Positions 1 through 9,194 of a stretch of DNA of 49,512 nt are shown here, one piece after another. The DNA comes from an uncultured Melioribacteraceae bacterium. Its GTDB lineage: Bacteria; Bacteroidota; Ignavibacteria; Ignavibacteriales; Melioribacteraceae. The stretch lies in contig CAYNUJ010000001.1 in NCBI GenBank assembly GCA_964400095.1, positions 1,770 to 51,281 on the forward strand. Direction: 5' to 3'. The position numbers and the translations under genes are program-made. Positions within the stretch are counted from its first letter, which is position 1; every line of letters begins with the position of its first letter. The notes under the pieces were generated by a model. That model was not told the DNA's origin. It was given only the letters and a program-made list of their open reading frames with translations, and did not search any database.

Positions 1-1
1 C

Positions 2-751
2 TGCAACGGCAATTCCCTGCGGTCTTGAGCCGCCCCATGCATTCGAATCGAGCATTGTGACGTTAAGATCATCGACGTTGAAATAGTAAATAGCGGGAAC
101 TGTTGAACTTCTTCTGGCGAGAAGTACATTCCCTTCATTATCGGCTTCTGCGGAGTACCTGAAATTATCCGAGCCAATCGGATCGGGTGAATTTGCAGTT
201 AAGAACGCGTTGCCGGGAACATCACCCCATTGGCTCATATCGTTAGCGTGGCGGGCTAATCCTTTAACATACCCACCGCCGCTTGCCGCGTAGACAAATC
301 CGAAATTTTTAACGCTTTGGGTTTTAACGGATGTAACTCCTCTTGTCCAAAGTCCGATTTCTTCATAATGAATTTCGGTATAATCTGTGTAGCCGGTTTG
401 AGATGTTTCGATAGCGATGGAATAATCTCCTTTGCCAACCGGATTCCCGGTATCGTCATTACCGTCCCAAACAACTAGAGTATCGCCTCTCGGGAAATCT
501 ACACCGCTGATTGATCTCACTAAAATGCTGTCCGCGTCAAATATCTTGACTGTAACGCTATTAGCAATATCGCTTAGAGTAAAGTGAATCGCAGCCCCGG
601 TTCCATCTTCAAAGCTTCCGTCAAACGGATCGCTTGTAGTTTCCTGGGTGATTCTAACGTTATGAGCGAAAACATTTGCGTAGGTTTTTGTGCCTAATCC
701 TAATATGATAAGCATAAAAAATGTGGTTAAAAAAACGCTCAGTTTTTTCAT
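2..751 (-). CDS. Secreted protein, N-terminal fragment that runs off the window edge, with a FlgD-Ig-like beta-sandwich segment
   Basis: Not in the ORF track. I translated the minus strand by hand from the ATG at 751..749 and the frame stays open to nt 2 (250 codons): MKKLSVFLTTFFMLIILGLGTKTYA... This is a signal peptide, followed by VTVKIFDADSILVRSISGVDFPRGDTLVVWDGNDDTGNPVGKGDYSIAIE, which looks like a FlgD-Ig-type fold. A GGAGGT SD lies 4 nt upstream of the ATG. Confidence 0.75.
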   Translation of the reverse strand, partial: MKKLSVFLTTFFMLIILGLGTKTYANVFAHNVRITQETTSDPFDGSFEDGTGAAIHFTLSDIANSVTVKIFDADSILVRSISGVDFPRGDTLVVWDGNDDTGNPVGKGDYSIAIETSQTGYTDYTEIHYEEIGLWTRGVTSVKTQSVKNFGFVYAASGGGYVKGLARHANDMSQWGDVPGNAFLTANSPDPIGSDNFRYSAEADNEGNVLLARRSSTVPAIYYFNVDDLNVTMLDSNAWGGSRPQGIAVA

Positions 752-780
752 TGTACCTCCTTAGTTAGTGGATAAGTGAA
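752..780 (-). promoter_or_regulatory. Conserved translation-initiation leader (TTATCCACT-AACTAA-GGAGGTAC-A-ATG)
   Basis: The minus strand reads ttcacTTATCCACtAACTAAGGAGGTACaATG. It is nearly identical to the leader at 5060..5086. Confidence 0.4.
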
Positions 781-1171
781 TCTATGTCATCTCTTTTGAG
801 ATAAATTAGTTCCTAACTTAAGCAAACAATAAACAATTAAAACAAATTTGAAAATCGGGGGATTGAAGCGGAATTCAAAAGTGTAAACACATAAACTAAA
901 TTTCATTCAAAATGAATATTTACTATCCCAATGATTTCAAAAAGAATTTCATTAATAGTAATTTATATTAACATATTTTAAGATACAAATATCAATTGAT
1001 TAGTTCAATCTTTGATTGAAAAAATTTAGATTAGCTAAAACAGTGAGCAATGATTATTGCGGATATAAAATCATGAAAGAACAATCGGTATGCGCCTCAA
1101 ACTGTCAATTCAAAAACGCATTTAAGAATATATATTGAAATATATAGTTGAGGAATTCGAGGAAAAGAAAC

Positions 1172-1205
1172 AAAAAAGGCTGCCTTATTCAGGCAGCCTT
1201 TTTTG
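1172..1205 (-). terminator. Rho-independent terminator downstream of the 1278-aa gene
   Basis: aaaaaaGGCTGCCttattcaGGCAGCCtttttt: a GC-rich stem of 7-9 bp with A/T runs on both sides, 18 nt past the stop at 1223. Confidence 0.8.
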
Positions 1206-1222
1206 GATTAAATTAAATCAGT

Positions 1223-4200
1223 TTATTTAACAAGCATCATCTTTTTTGTTACAACTTTATTATTTGAGGTGAGCCTGTAAATATACGTTCCACTTGCGAG
1301 AGCTCCGGCATTGAAATTGTATTCATGAATACCCGCTTTGAGCAGTTGATTCCTAACTAAAGTAACAACTTCTCTTCCGAGAATATCATAAATCCTTAAA
1401 TCAACAACGCGTTCGCTCGGCAGACCGAACCGAATAATTGTAGTAGGATTAAACGGGTTTGGATAGTTCTGATCCACGAAGAATTTCTTCGGTATCAACT
1501 GTTTCTCAACTCCCGTGTATTTATCCACAACCGTAACAGTAATTGTGTCAACGCTAGCAACCGCAACTTCCGACGGTTTCTGACTAGTAGTCATAATTGT
1601 AACGCTATAAGTAACTGAATCAGCGCCGTTAAGAAGATCGAGTATATTCTGACCTGTTAATGTGATTACAGTATCCTGTCCGAAATTGTCGGAAAGCATC
1701 GGAGTCTCGGTGCCCGCTCCATCGTTAAACAGTACTTGATAAAGAAGGGGATCGTTGTTTAAATCGACTGCAGGATGCCAATCGAGAGGATATAATGCAT
1801 TCACATCCGTAACTTCTGTAATTTGTCCGTCAACAAGCTGATGGACGGAATCGCTGAAGAAGAAATTAGGATTCGGAGATACGTCCACGTTTTGTGTAAG
1901 ATCTGCATAGAAAGTGAACATAACTTGATACCCGCCGTCTCTCGGATCGCTTGAATCATATTGACCGCCAATACCGACTAAATTAATCGGCCATGTTGGT
2001 TCGGGATTGTCGTCAAGATCAGTATCGCTGTCAATTCTTGCGGTGAATGAAGTAAATCCATCCCATATAGTTAGGTTCTTACTTCCGCCGGATGGCCATG
2101 AACCGCTTAAGAGTCCTACGCCTTCGAACTTGATAAGTATTCCTTCATATTTTTCACCATTAGCAAGATACTCATCCACAGTAACTACTACAGGATCGGG
2201 AACAGTGCCGGTTCCTAAATTAACAATGTTTGTTACTGATAATTCGCTTAAACCGTTAAATTGAGCAACAGTGCCTGTTACTTGAACTCTCTGTCCAACG
2301 GCAAGCATTGTTGAATCGTCGCCGCCGCCGTATAAGAAAATACCGCCCGTTGCGTCCTGAACATAATAGTTCAAAGACGAAGCGCTGTATCTCGGAGAAG
2401 TAACAACTGCGTCGATTGTAAATTCGGCGCCTAAATTATCAGGCACAAAGTCGTTGTTGGCGTCAACTTTAACGTCGGCTATAGGAGTAGTTTGAACCGT
2501 AACAACGTCCAAGATAATGATTGGAACTTGAGGATCGGTTGCAGTAGCAGGACCGCGGGCGTAATCGGAAGTGTAAAGAATTTCTAATTCCGGATCGTCG
2601 TCCAAGTTTGCGACATTAACTACTTCGTACTGAGTATGAGTGGCGAACAGTTCCTGATCGATAACTTCGCCCGCGTAGTTTGCGGGGTCTAATAAGTCTC
2701 CCGAAGGACCGCCAAGATATTCAACTCTGTAAATTTGACCGTTTGGAGTACTCTGGCGAGAGCCGGTAATGAATTCCATATTTCCGTCTCCGTCAATATC
2801 TCCAGCCGCGCCGCCGTTTAATCTGTTTCCGCCGTCGCCGGTGAAATCCCATACATCCGCGCTAGCCCACGCGCCGTTAACCCATTGAAGGACTTTAACT
2901 TTTGCGTCGTACCAGTCGCCGACAAATATTTCTTCAGTTCCGTCGCCATTAAGGTCGGCTGCCGATGCAGATAAGAATGCTCCGTTTACGACACCCGGCT
3001 GCGAGGGACGAATAACCCATGTACTGTCTTCGTAGGAAATGGTCTGTACGTCGCCGCTTCCGTTAAAGAAATGAGCCATACCGTTTGCAATTACCATATC
3101 CCATCTTCTGCCAGCGTCGGCTTTCAGAGTATCGCTGTAATGACCAATAACTAATGGAAACGCGCCGGTGGAAAGTCCGCGCTGATAGCCTGAGGTATAA
3201 AATACTTCTTGTGAATTATCGCCGTCAACATCGGCAAAGTCAATAACTTCGAAATTACCCGCGCCGGCTTCAGGGGAAATACCTTTATCGAGAACAGACA
3301 AAGTATAACTTGCAGGATCGTCTATTGCGCCGCTGCCGTTGTATTCTAAACGGGATATAACGTCGGTGCTTCTGCCGCCCATTATAAAGTCAAGGTTTCC
3401 GTCGCCGTCAATATCGCCCGCGTTGCCGCCCGGCGCTCTGGAGACGCCTACATCAGCTAAATCGGCTAATTCGGTTATCAGTAAACTGTCGCCCACAGCA
3501 TCTTCCTGAAGAAGATACACTTTAGCCGGAGAAGAATAATTTACGGCTAAAATTTCCTCTGTTCCATCGCCGTCTATGTCAACTGTAGTCATACTTTTGA
3601 ACGACCAGAAAGGAACCGATTGAGGAGAACTTTCAGTATAATTAGTGCCGTCAAAACTGACTCTAATAATATCATCGCTCCAGCTATTGATATAAATATT
3701 TGTACCAATTACAGCCATATCTCTATAAACGCTGCTGCCGCCTGCCGGACCGGTACCGTTTCCTTCTAATGTCCAAGTTTCGCTGCCGTCGCCGTTATCA
3801 GGAATATTATCGACGCCTGCGACTAACCAGCCATAGTAATCTTTTCTTTCAGCGAGAACTATTTCATCTTTGCCGTCGCTGTCAAAGTCAAGAGTTTTAA
3901 TGTTCAACGGACGCATTTCTTTGCTGTCTGCAACTCCATAATCCCATGAAGCATTAGGCAAATAGTTTCCCGAACCGTCGTCAATTCCGAGCGCGTCAAC
4001 GGTGGAATCGCCGGAGGCTTCGAATACAACCACTCTTACAGGCGTTGTAGAAGAACCGCCGAAGTTGTTAATGATATTCCAAACGACTTCCATTTTGCCG
4101 TCGCCGTCCATATCAGCTTTATTTAACGAAGGCCAAGTATTTTGAGCGTCAACCAAGGAACTTATATCTGTCTGCCAAACAAGTATCCATGCGCCGTGAA

Positions 4201-5059
4201 CAAATTCATACTTATAAAGTCTAGGGTGCATTTCGTCTGCTGTATCGTTTGTGTTATCGTTACAGATAAAAAGGTCCATTAAGCCGTCGCCGTCAATATC
4301 AACATTGGTTAATACATCGCCGTAACCGCCCGGTTCGAAACCGTCGGCTGGAATAATGCCGCTTCTTACAAATCTATTGTAAAATTCGGTATTCTTGTTT
4401 AATTCCATAGTCCAAGTTTCAGAGCCGTCGCCGGTATTGGGTACGTCGGAGGTTGAGATTATTCCAAAATTATAATAATCTTTTCTTTCGGCAAATATCA
4501 CTTCTTGAGTGCCGTCGCCGTCAATATCAACCGCTTTCCACTTCAACGGACGCATATTAGTAGAAGCCGGTACGTCCATATCCCATTGTGCATTAGGAGT
4601 GAAATTACCCGCACCGTCGCTTATTCCGAGCACGTCGTCTCCGGAATTTTCAAATACAACAATTCTAGGAGGTGTTGTGTTAGTGGAAAAGCTGTTGGTA
4701 TATCCCCAAATTACTTCGAGATTCCCGTCACCGTCGAGGTCGCCGGTTGTTAAGGCAGCCCATGTGTTTTGTCTTTCGTTAGGAAAAGATGCCGCCCAAA
4801 CGGAATCCCATGAGGTACCGTTAAGTTCATATTTAATAATTTGAGGATATTCATCCCCGTTATTGAAATCTGACATTCCGTTGACGGAATATATTTCCAC
4901 TTTACCGTCGCCATCCAAATCAACGCCGGATACGGTAGTTCCAAATCCGGAGCCGAAAGTTGCCGGCGGATCTATTTGCACTTTTCGTACAAACGTTTCC
5001 TGTGAATATAAAAGTAATGCGCTGCTGAACAGCATTACCATTGTTAGAAGTTTTTTCAT
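1223..5059 (-). CDS. FG-GAP/VCBS-repeat secreted protein with a T9SS C-terminal sorting domain (1278 aa)
   Basis: Signal peptide MKKLLTMVMLFSSALLLYSQ. About 11 Ca-binding-type D-x-D-G-D-G-x-x-E loops. A GxVxxFNGLSEL beta-barrel-like segment. The C-terminus reads NYPNPFNPTTIIRF...GTYIYRL...KKMMLVK. Confidence 0.9.
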   Translation of the reverse strand: MKKLLTMVMLFSSALLLYSQETFVRKVQIDPPATFGSGFGTTVSGVDLDGDGKVEIYSVNGMSDFNNGDEYPQIIKYELNGTSWDSVWAASFPNERQNTWAALTTGDLDGDGNLEVIWGYTNSFSTNTTPPRIVVFENSGDDVLGISDGAGNFTPNAQWDMDVPASTNMRPLKWKAVDIDGDGTQEVIFAERKDYYNFGIISTSDVPNTGDGSETWTMELNKNTEFYNRFVRSGIIPADGFEPGGYGDVLTNVDIDGDGLMDLFICNDNTNDTADEMHPRLYKYEFVHGAWILVWQTDISSLVDAQNTWPSLNKADMDGDGKMEVVWNIINNFGGSSTTPVRVVVFEASGDSTVDALGIDDGSGNYLPNASWDYGVADSKEMRPLNIKTLDFDSDGKDEIVLAERKDYYGWLVAGVDNIPDNGDGSETWTLEGNGTGPAGGSSVYRDMAVIGTNIYINSWSDDIIRVSFDGTNYTESSPQSVPFWSFKSMTTVDIDGDGTEEILAVNYSSPAKVYLLQEDAVGDSLLITELADLADVGVSRAPGGNAGDIDGDGNLDFIMGGRSTDVISRLEYNGSGAIDDPASYTLSVLDKGISPEAGAGNFEVIDFADVDGDNSQEVFYTSGYQRGLSTGAFPLVIGHYSDTLKADAGRRWDMVIANGMAHFFNGSGDVQTISYEDSTWVIRPSQPGVVNGAFLSASAADLNGDGTEEIFVGDWYDAKVKVLQWVNGAWASADVWDFTGDGGNRLNGGAAGDIDGDGNMEFITGSRQSTPNGQIYRVEYLGGPSGDLLDPANYAGEVIDQELFATHTQYEVVNVANLDDDPELEILYTSDYARGPATATDPQVPIIILDVVTVQTTPIADVKVDANNDFVPDNLGAEFTIDAVVTSPRYSASSLNYYVQDATGGIFLYGGGDDSTMLAVGQRVQVTGTVAQFNGLSELSVTNIVNLGTGTVPDPVVVTVDEYLANGEKYEGILIKFEGVGLLSGSWPSGGSKNLTIWDGFTSFTARIDSDTDLDDNPEPTWPINLVGIGGQYDSSDPRDGGYQVMFTFYADLTQNVDVSPNPNFFFSDSVHQLVDGQITEVTDVNALYPLDWHPAVDLNNDPLLYQVLFNDGAGTETPMLSDNFGQDTVITLTGQNILDLLNGADSVTYSVTIMTTSQKPSEVAVASVDTITVTVVDKYTGVEKQLIPKKFFVDQNYPNPFNPTTIIRFGLPSERVVDLRIYDILGREVVTLVRNQLLKAGIHEYNFNAGALASGTYIYRLTSNNKVVTKKMMLVK

Positions 5060-5086
5060 AGTACCTCCGTTAGTTTGTGGATAAAG
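5060..5086 (-). promoter_or_regulatory. Conserved translation-initiation leader containing TTATCCACA
   Basis: The minus strand reads cTTTATCCACaAACTAAcGGAGGTACtATG. This fills the entire 27-nt gap between the stop of the 492-aa gene and the start of the 1278-aa gene. Confidence 0.4.
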
Positions 5087-6565
5087 TTATTTAATCAGTA
5101 ACATTTTTTTAGTCAATTTCTGGACTCCGTTGGAAATTGTATAGAAATATGTTCCGCTGGCAAGTCCGGAGGCATCGAATCTTATCTTATACACACCGCT
5201 GTCGAAATATTTGCTTCGTATCGGTTCATTTATCAATCGTCCGTTTATATCATATATTGTTAAAGTTATATTCGCCGCTTTAACAATTGAAAATCTAATT
5301 GTAGTTGCCGGATTAAAAGGATTTGGATAATTTTGCTCTAAATTAAATTTATTCGGTATAACATTTGTCTCCTTCTGAACACCGGTAATAAGAATCGGCA
5401 CAACCGGAAGTTCGCCGGAATAGACCCATTTTTCAACTGACCAACCGTAGTAAGATTGCGAATAAATATTGAAATTATTGTCGAAGTTAACATTATAAGT
5501 GCTGGCATAACTTGATGAAATACCGTTCTGATTATTTCTATTATCGTACTTTCCATTTACAAGAAGATTCCACTCAGCAACGTTGATCGTATCAAGAATA
5601 TTTCCATTATTTGGGTCAACGATATAAATCCTTCCATATTCATAACCGTCGCCGGTTTTGAAGTCAACATCCGAAGCGATAAAAAGGAGATTTTTATCAT
5701 CCATAAAATTTATTCCCCAAGGTCCGGGATGAAGAGTCTGAGCCGTAGTTGTAAGAAATTCTTCCTCAACGGCAAAATTAAAATCATTATAAAGAGTATA
5801 TCCGTCGGTTGGATTCCCAACATAACAGTAAACCTTATTATTAGTAAAATTGGATACGTATAATAAAGAAGCGTCCGAGTTCACTGTAACGCCCCTGCAT
5901 GAACCCGCGTCGGGAAGTTCGATGGTCTGCATAACGGTTCCGTCGTGTGTAAAAGAACCCCAGCCGCTTTCGGTATCCGGACCTCCGTAAACGAGCACTT
6001 TTCCTGGAGTAGTAGAATCGCCGTCAACAGTTACAAAGACATAACCGCTGGCGCTCATATCAATACCCCAAATTGGTTCCGCTCCGGTTTTCAGCCGAAG
6101 GGGAACAGTATAAACGCTGTCTGTTTTTAGTTCGAAAACCAGCAAGTTATGGTCGGGATCGTTGTTGGCTACAACAACTTTATTCGCCGGGGAAGAACCG
6201 TCAAGAAACGGAGCTAAATCCAAGGCTTCGGTCATTACAACCTGATCAAAAATATTCAGCCAAATTGTTTGTTTTCCATCTAAAGCAGAACCGTATTCGT
6301 AACTGCCTAAACGTCCGTGAGTTGAATCGGCGCCCCGGAAACCCATAAGAAAATTTATCTTTTTCGAACTACGACTTACAAGAACAACAAAAGCGTCTTC
6401 TTCCAATGCTGTAACACTAATTGTTCGATTTCCGGTGGCATTGCCGGGTCCGGGATCGTCAACCGTCGCATACGCGCAGCTCCATGTCCCATCAAAGGTT
6501 TGAGAATTTATTAGCATAGGTAAGAAAATCAAAGGGAGAATAAAAAATAGTCGATTTAGTCTCAT
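5087..6565 (-). CDS. Secreted protein, probably a beta-propeller, with a T9SS C-terminal sorting domain (492 aa)
   Basis: Signal peptide MRLNRLFFILPLIFLPMLINSQ. The C-terminus reads NYPNPFNPATTIRF...GTYFYTI...KKMLLIK. SD GGGAGGT is present upstream. Confidence 0.85.
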   Translation of the reverse strand: MRLNRLFFILPLIFLPMLINSQTFDGTWSCAYATVDDPGPGNATGNRTISVTALEEDAFVVLVSRSSKKINFLMGFRGADSTHGRLGSYEYGSALDGKQTIWLNIFDQVVMTEALDLAPFLDGSSPANKVVVANNDPDHNLLVFELKTDSVYTVPLRLKTGAEPIWGIDMSASGYVFVTVDGDSTTPGKVLVYGGPDTESGWGSFTHDGTVMQTIELPDAGSCRGVTVNSDASLLYVSNFTNNKVYCYVGNPTDGYTLYNDFNFAVEEEFLTTTAQTLHPGPWGINFMDDKNLLFIASDVDFKTGDGYEYGRIYIVDPNNGNILDTINVAEWNLLVNGKYDNRNNQNGISSSYASTYNVNFDNNFNIYSQSYYGWSVEKWVYSGELPVVPILITGVQKETNVIPNKFNLEQNYPNPFNPATTIRFSIVKAANITLTIYDINGRLINEPIRSKYFDSGVYKIRFDASGLASGTYFYTISNGVQKLTKKMLLIK

Positions 6566-6729
6566 AAGACCTCCCGATTAGTAATTGGAAAAATTTGAAT
6601 CACACGCTAAAAAAAATTTATTATAAAGTCAAGAATTATTTTTTTTATTAAGTTGATTTGAATAAGAAAAGGGCATAAAATGTTAATGAAAATGGAACAT
6701 TAAGTTGATAAAAGTTATATTTTTGTCGG

Positions 6730-8076
6730 ATGAATTTCAAATTTAATATTGAGCGGAAAGGAATATTGCGATTGGCTCTACCGGCAATTGCTGGGTTATC
6801 GGCTCAAATGGTTGTTTCATTAGTTGATACCGCAATGGTGGGAAGGCTGCCGAACGCGACTCTTGCTCTCGCCGCGATGGGTATAGGCGTTCTTGCAACG
6901 TGGGCAATCGTAAGTTTTTTTTCGAGTATGTCCACCGGAACGCACGTGCTTATTTCCAGAGCGTTCGGCAACAAGAATTTTAAACTATGCGGCGAAATTT
7001 TAAGCGCTGCGATGATTTTTTCGTTCGCGGTCGGATTGTCGATTGTTCTGCTGTTTATATTGTTCGCTCACGATATATCCCAATTCTTTGCCGCGGATCC
7101 TAAAGTTGGCGAATTAGCGGGAGATTATTTGTATTTCCGCTTTCTCGGTATTCCGTTTTTCCTTATTTCAGTTTCGTACAGAGGTTTTTTCTTTGGAATT
7201 AGGAAAACTAAAATATTTATGTATTCCGGAATTATCACAAACGCGCTCAATATAATATTTAACTATATATTTATTTACGGGGGCTTCGGAATAAATGCCA
7301 TGGGACTTGCAGGCGCAGGTTTAGGTTCCTCTTTGGCTACAGTTGCGGACGGTATTTTTTATTTATTGATATCCAACGGTGGGAATTATAGATCGAAGTT
7401 TGCAATATTAAGTAATTTCAGATTCAACAAGCAAATTGTTAAAAGCATTTTAAAAATTTCTGTTCCCGTATCATTCCAAAATATTTTTATTCTCGTCGGT
7501 TTTTTGAGTTTTATATCAATTACCGGATTGATCGGCATTAAGGAACAAGCCGCCAGTCAAACTGTAGTATCGGCGTTATTCATTTCATTAATGCCCTGCT
7601 TCGGCTTCGGAATAGCCGTTCAAACCCTTGTTGGAAACGCGCTGGGCGAAGGGGATAACCTGAAAGCAAAACACCTCGGCAACGAAACTGTGAAACTTGC
7701 AACTATTTACACCCTGGCTATTGCAGTTTTATTCGTATTTTTTCCCTCCGCGGTAATATTGATTTTTACGACGGATAGAACTTTAATTGCAACCGCGGCT
7801 CCGTTACTGCAAATTGCGGGCGGGGGACAAATACTTTACGCTGCCGGAGTTGTTTTGGCAAACGGACTGCAAAGCGCCGGGAAATCGCTTTTTGTAATGT
7901 TAGTGGATATTCTTATGAATTGGGCGGTTTTTATTCCTTTAGCGTATTTTCTTGCCATTCCGTTCGGGCTTGGCATTCAAGGAGCTTGGCTTGCCGTTCC
8001 TATTTACGTATTTCTATATTCCGCTTCAATCTTTCTAAAATTCAATTTCGGCAACTGGTTTAAAGAAAAATTTTGA
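6730..8076 (+). CDS. MATE family efflux transporter
   Basis: 448 aa with about 12 TM segments. The N-terminus LRLALPAIAGLSAQMVVSLVDTAMVGRL is typical of the MATE/NorM family. Confidence 0.85.
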   Translation: MNFKFNIERKGILRLALPAIAGLSAQMVVSLVDTAMVGRLPNATLALAAMGIGVLATWAIVSFFSSMSTGTHVLISRAFGNKNFKLCGEILSAAMIFSFAVGLSIVLLFILFAHDISQFFAADPKVGELAGDYLYFRFLGIPFFLISVSYRGFFFGIRKTKIFMYSGIITNALNIIFNYIFIYGGFGINAMGLAGAGLGSSLATVADGIFYLLISNGGNYRSKFAILSNFRFNKQIVKSILKISVPVSFQNIFILVGFLSFISITGLIGIKEQAASQTVVSALFISLMPCFGFGIAVQTLVGNALGEGDNLKAKHLGNETVKLATIYTLAIAVLFVFFPSAVILIFTTDRTLIATAAPLLQIAGGGQILYAAGVVLANGLQSAGKSLFVMLVDILMNWAVFIPLAYFLAIPFGLGIQGAWLAVPIYVFLYSASIFLKFNFGNWFKEKF

Positions 8077-8163
8077 ATGTGACGCATTTCACTGAAAATG
8101 ATATTCAAATTAATAAACGAAATAAAACTTGACTATTTCTATCTATAAAGATATATTTTGACC

Positions 8164-8571
8164 ATGAAATCAAAATTAGTAATAAGAACAACCCCGATTC
8201 TTGTAGTTTTGATGGCTTCGTTATTGTTTGCCGGCGCTATGATTTCACTTTTCCAAGCCAGAAGCGACGGCGAGGATGTGGTTTTGGAATGGCAGACAAC
8301 TCAGGAAACAAACCTTAAAGAATTTGTTGTTGAACGAAGAACTCCTAACGGTGACTTTACCGATTTGTCGGTAGTCCTACCCGCGGGGGATAATTCTTTT
8401 TATTCCTACAGAGATGAAAGCGCTTATAAAACGGCGGAAGCATTTTATATTTACAGATTAAAAATTGTTGATAATGATAACAGCATTACTTATTCATCCG
8501 AAGTATCTATCTCCCATCAAGTATCCAGCGTCAAAAGAACTTGGGGCAGCATCAAAGCTCTTTTCCGTTAG
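8164..8571 (+). CDS. Small membrane-anchored protein with a single Ig/Fn3-like beta-sandwich
   Basis: The ATG at 8164 lies 2 codons inside the TTG-started ORF. An N-terminal TM/signal anchor is followed by the pattern EWQTTQETNLKEFVVERR..G.F..L......YSYRD....YIYRLKIVDNDNSITYS. The tail reads VKRTWGSIKALFR. Confidence 0.6.
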   Translation: MKSKLVIRTTPILVVLMASLLFAGAMISLFQARSDGEDVVLEWQTTQETNLKEFVVERRTPNGDFTDLSVVLPAGDNSFYSYRDESAYKTAEAFYIYRLKIVDNDNSITYSSEVSISHQVSSVKRTWGSIKALFR

Positions 8572-8612
8572 TTCTTTTCACCCCCTGTTTATTAATTTAA
8601 ATTCGTATCCCT

Positions 8613-9194
8613 ATGTTTAAATACCGTTACCAAATTTATTTGGCTTCTAAATCTCCGCGCAGACGTCGGCTTCTAAAGCAGATAGGCGTCAAATTCAAAT
8701 CGTTTCAAGTGAATTTAAAGGAAGAAATACCGGACGGCGAACATCCGATTAAGAGCGTTAAACGCCTCGCATTAGAAAAACTGCAAGCCGCGAAGAAAAA
8801 AGTTGAAAAGGGAATTATAATTACCGCCGATACAATTGTAGTGCTCGATAAAGAAATAATCGGGAAACCTAAATCGAAGAAAAATGCGGCGGAAATATTG
8901 CGCAAACTAAGCGGAAGAACTCATTATGTTTATACGGGATTTGCGGTTTACAATTCGGTCGGCAGCAAGACAATCGTTAAATACCGGAGGAGTTCGGTAA
9001 CATTTAGAGAACTGGGCGAGAAAGAAATTAAAGAGTATATCCAGAGCGGCAGCCCAATGGATAAAGCCGGAGCTTACGGCATACAAGATGATTTCGGAGC
9101 TGTTTTTGTGAAAAATATTTCAGGCTGTTATTACAATGTGGTGGGTTTGCCTATTTCAGATCTTTACGAAACGCTTAAGGTGATTTCAATTTGA
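8613..9194 (+). CDS. maf: Maf-like nucleoside triphosphate pyrophosphatase
   Basis: Shows YLASKSPRRRRLLKQIGV, ITADTIVV, and GKPKS...A...L..LSGRTH.VYTG...AGAYGIQD. Confidence 0.9.
   Translation: MFKYRYQIYLASKSPRRRRLLKQIGVKFKSFQVNLKEEIPDGEHPIKSVKRLALEKLQAAKKKVEKGIIITADTIVVLDKEIIGKPKSKKNAAEILRKLSGRTHYVYTGFAVYNSVGSKTIVKYRRSSVTFRELGEKEIKEYIQSGSPMDKAGAYGIQDDFGAVFVKNISGCYYNVVGLPISDLYETLKVISI

Noticed and set aside
752-1222. The AT-rich spacer plus a DnaA-box-like AGTGGATAA at 768..776, considered as a candidate replication origin.
   Set aside because: There is only one near-consensus box here. The next best site, TGCGGATAT near 1058, has 2 mismatches. No dnaA, dnaN or gidA lies nearby, and the other perfect box (5077..5085) sits in a 27-nt intercistronic gap. 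This is not a box cluster.
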